In this document: positions 60,973-64,000 of the stretch, piece after piece
Position numbering within the stretch: the stretch's first letter is position 1
How the letters are laid out: every line of letters begins with the position of its first letter
Assembly (NCBI GenBank): GCA_022813965.1
Contig: JALDZS010000018.1
Span: 62,001-126,000 of the forward strand
Source: Toensbergia leucococca
Taxonomy: Eukaryota
DNA: 64,000 nt
Direction of reading: 5' to 3'
The notes under the pieces: model-generated
Seen by the model: the letters and a program-made list of their open reading frames with translations, nothing else
Told to the model about the DNA's origin: nothing
Database searches by the model: none
Translations under genes and position numbers: made by a program

Positions 60973-63900
60973 ATGTTCCGCATACTCGAATCTCAAGCCC
61001 CCGCCAAACAGAATGCAACAACTACCATCGCTACGCTCAGTGGACGACTGCAGAGTGCTACCTTACTTGAGGATCGTCGCGCCGCAATTTTGGGCTTACG
61101 CAGCTTTTCCAAGGTCTACCCGGCTTCTGTAGCCTCGGGGGCGTTGAAAAGCCTCATCAGTAGCCTCAAGGAGGACGCAGAGGACGTTGACACTGCTAAA
61201 GTTATCCTGGAGACGCTCCTTATGCTCTTCAATCCTGACGAATCAAGCGTGAGCGAATCACCGGTCCCTGAGATATAAGTCCTGACAATCTTCAGCCCGA
61301 AGCCTCAGATGACATCGCTCTTTGGCTTGCAGATGAGTTCACACAAGTGAGTGCTACCGTAGCACCTTGTGTCAAGGTGCCTGCTAAATAAACATCATAG
61401 CGGCAAGACAACATTACTCTACTGCTAGACCTTCTTGATACTCATGACTTTTACTCGCGCCTTTACTCCCTGCAATTAATATCTGCCATATCAACAGCAC
61501 GGCCTGAGCGGACTCAAGACTGTGTCTTCACAGCACCTCTTGGTGTCTCCAGACTGGTCGCTGTCCTCGATGATAAGAGGGAAGCCGTACGCAGTGGTAA
61601 GACCCAAAGAGAGATTAAGTATTTTGTTGGTTGTTTTCTAATAGTCTTCAGAGGGCCTGCTTCTGCTTACCGCACTCACGCCACTGTCTCCCGAATTTCA
61701 AAAATTGGTTGCCTTTGAGAACGCTTTCGATCGCATTTTTGGTATCATCAGTGCAGAAGGTTCCCTCACACACGGTGGAATAGTTGTGCAAGATTGTTTA
61801 TCGCTGCTGGCTAACCTTCTCCGCCTTAATGTCTCGAACCAATCGTACTTCCGAGAAACGGGCGGGGTAAAGAAGCTCGCGATTTTGTTGAACGAAGCTC
61901 TCCGAGAACAAGATTTACCAAAGGGTATTGCTGACTGGGCCAGACCCCAGCGAGACAAGAACTTATGGGGCTTGTTGGCAGTCCTACGCCTTTTTCTGCT
62001 ACAGGGAGGCATCGGCACGCAAGCCAATCAATCATCGTTTTGGCAACATGGTGTTTTGACGCATGTCCTCGACATAGCTTTTCATGATTCCATTGACATG
62101 ACGATTAGGGCTGAGGTGAGCTCAATTTCTGCTCGATCGATCGTCCTCCAAAGTTGACAACAAACTCTGGCAGGCCTTGGTGACGTGCGCAGATCTTATA
62201 CGTGGGAATAGTAGACTACAAGAGGGATTTGCACAGCGTAGCGTCGTCTCCATCCGGGAAATTGCGCCAGAATCACAAGTCAACGGGCATTCCCAGATCA
62301 ATGCTCCGCCAAAAGTAAATGTGATACAAGGTTTACTTGATCTAGCGCTCACTTCGCTGCCAATTCATGCATTTGATGTTCGAATATCGGCCTTCGAGTG
62401 CATCAAAGCTTACTTATACAACCATGCTCCAATACGCATGCATTTTCTACAGCACGCGATCGAAGGTCATACCAGTAGAGACGAGGTTGATAACATTCTC
62501 ACTATTCTAATCGGAGACACTGAGGGCGGACATGGGGCTGATCCTTACCGTCCCTGGATAGCTTCTGTTATTCTTTTCCATCTGCTATATGAGAGCTTCG
62601 ACGCTAAAAATCTTGCAATGAAAGTATCAGAAGGCGATGCCGAGAGTGGAGAGGAAGTAGTAACTTGTATACAGACGCTTTCGGGCAGTCTTATTTATGG
62701 CATACGAAGAGGGATCGATGAGAGAATAGCGATTGGCTATCTCATGGTCTTGTGCGGATGGATGTATGAGGATCATGATGCCGTAAATGATTTTCTAGGA
62801 GAAGGAAGCAGTGTGCAGAGTCTAGTACAGCTTCTCACGCAGAACAATCATCAACAAGTTCTTGTGCCCGGACTTTGTGCTTTTCTCCTCGGGATTGTAT
62901 ATGAATTCTCGACAAGAGACTCTCCGATATCTCGGGCTACTCTTCATCAGATACTCACAACCCGTCTAGGCCGAGAACAGTACGTGGACAAGATCACCAA
63001 ACTTCGGGAGCATCCTATGGTACGTGATTTCGAGGTTTTGTCCCAACGTCTCGATTCGAGTCAAGCCGGTGGCCTTCCCGAGGTATACTTCGACAGGACT
63101 TTCGTAGACTTCTTGAAGGACAATTTTAGTCGCTTCACCCGCGCAATTGATCGCGCTCCTGGTATCGAAGTTCCTGTCATCGCGAACGGCATCCATAAGG
63201 GTATTTCGCGCGAGCTGGTCGATTCACTCGAGGCGCAAGTGGTTGATCGAACGCTGGCTGTCCAGAATTTCGAGTCGGATATTTTAACCCTCGAACGCAA
63301 ACTCGGACAAGAGCAGGCCGATCATCGAAAGGCAAAGGAGTCGGCCACGATCGAATTAAGTAGAATCAAGAGTGTAAATACTGCCCTTCAAAAGCATCAT
63401 GAAGAAGACCTGCAAAGAGTCCTGAAAGAAAATCAGCTCACTCGGAACGAGACGGAGAAGGCACACGACGCGATCGTGAAATCTCTCAAGGCTGAATTGC
63501 ATAAATTGAGAGAAGACGGTGAGACTGCTGCAGCAAGAATTCGGGCAAGAACTGAAGCGGAACATGACGACTTGCAAGCCACGATTCACAGACTTGAGAG
63601 CGAGCTCGAAAAGTCCAGCAAAGACCATGTTCAAGATTTAGAGACTGCCCACGAAGACTATTCGGGGAAGCTTTCTGCTTTGGAATCCCGAGTTCAACGA
63701 GCCGAGGACAAGGCAAAGGATGCCGATATGAGGGTTGACAGTGTGCGAGTAGCTTTGGATGAGAAGGAAAATGTGCGGAAGTTGGTGCAGGGAGAACTTG
63801 ATGATTTACTCATGGTGCTCGGGGACTTGGAGGAGAAGAGGGCTGGAGACAGAGTATGTTCCACTCACAACGACCCTTGTATGCTTGTCAGCTAATCGTC

Positions 63901-64000
63901 CATAGAAACGATTGAAAAGCCTTGGGGAACAAGTGTCTGACGGTGAAGATGAAGACGAAGATGATGATGGCGGCGGATTTAAAGAGTCGGCCGATCTAGA
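60973..64000 (+). CDS. USO1: ER-Golgi vesicle tether Uso1/p115 (3' end just beyond the window)
   Basis: TIATLSGRLQSATLLEDRRAAILGLRSF, QKLVAFENAFDRIF and GGIVVQDCLSLLANLL head domain. Coiled coil ending ELDDLLMVLGDLEEK, then an acidic tail. Five introns. Confidence 0.95.

Overview
Eukaryotic window from a filamentous ascomycete (Pezizomycotina). Short GT-AG introns with CTRAY branch points support this; a lichen-forming lineage is only a guess. About 24 intron-containing or single-exon protein genes are present. Mostly conserved housekeeping or regulatory genes: MFS transporter, uaY/PPR1-type Zn2Cys6 regulator, RPB5, BFR1, 3-hydroxyacyl-CoA dehydrogenase, PTH11-like membrane protein, MTG2, FTS/AKTIP-like UEV, PEX7, F-box protein, 5'-nucleotidase, GPI8, histidine phosphatase, a second Zn2Cys6 factor, XRN2/RAT1 and USO1 (runs off the right edge). 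Accessory-looking genes: a CYSTM protein, a small secreted Kex2-site protein, a modin-like protein and several orphans. No tRNA, rRNA, CRISPR or autonomous transposase was seen. I found no convincing multi-gene novel system. The best leads are: (i) two copies of a ~0.5 kb foldback MITE with GGG...CCC ends and 8-9 bp TSDs (Mutator-like); (ii) a modin-like gene with apparent C>T/G>A erosion, flanked by CpG-poor degenerate palindromes; (iii) repeated abrupt C-rich/G-rich strand-skew flips that run through coding sequence; (iv) an effector-like secreted protein facing a CYSTM gene in a low-complexity island. All gene identities come from recognising motifs by eye, not from database searches.
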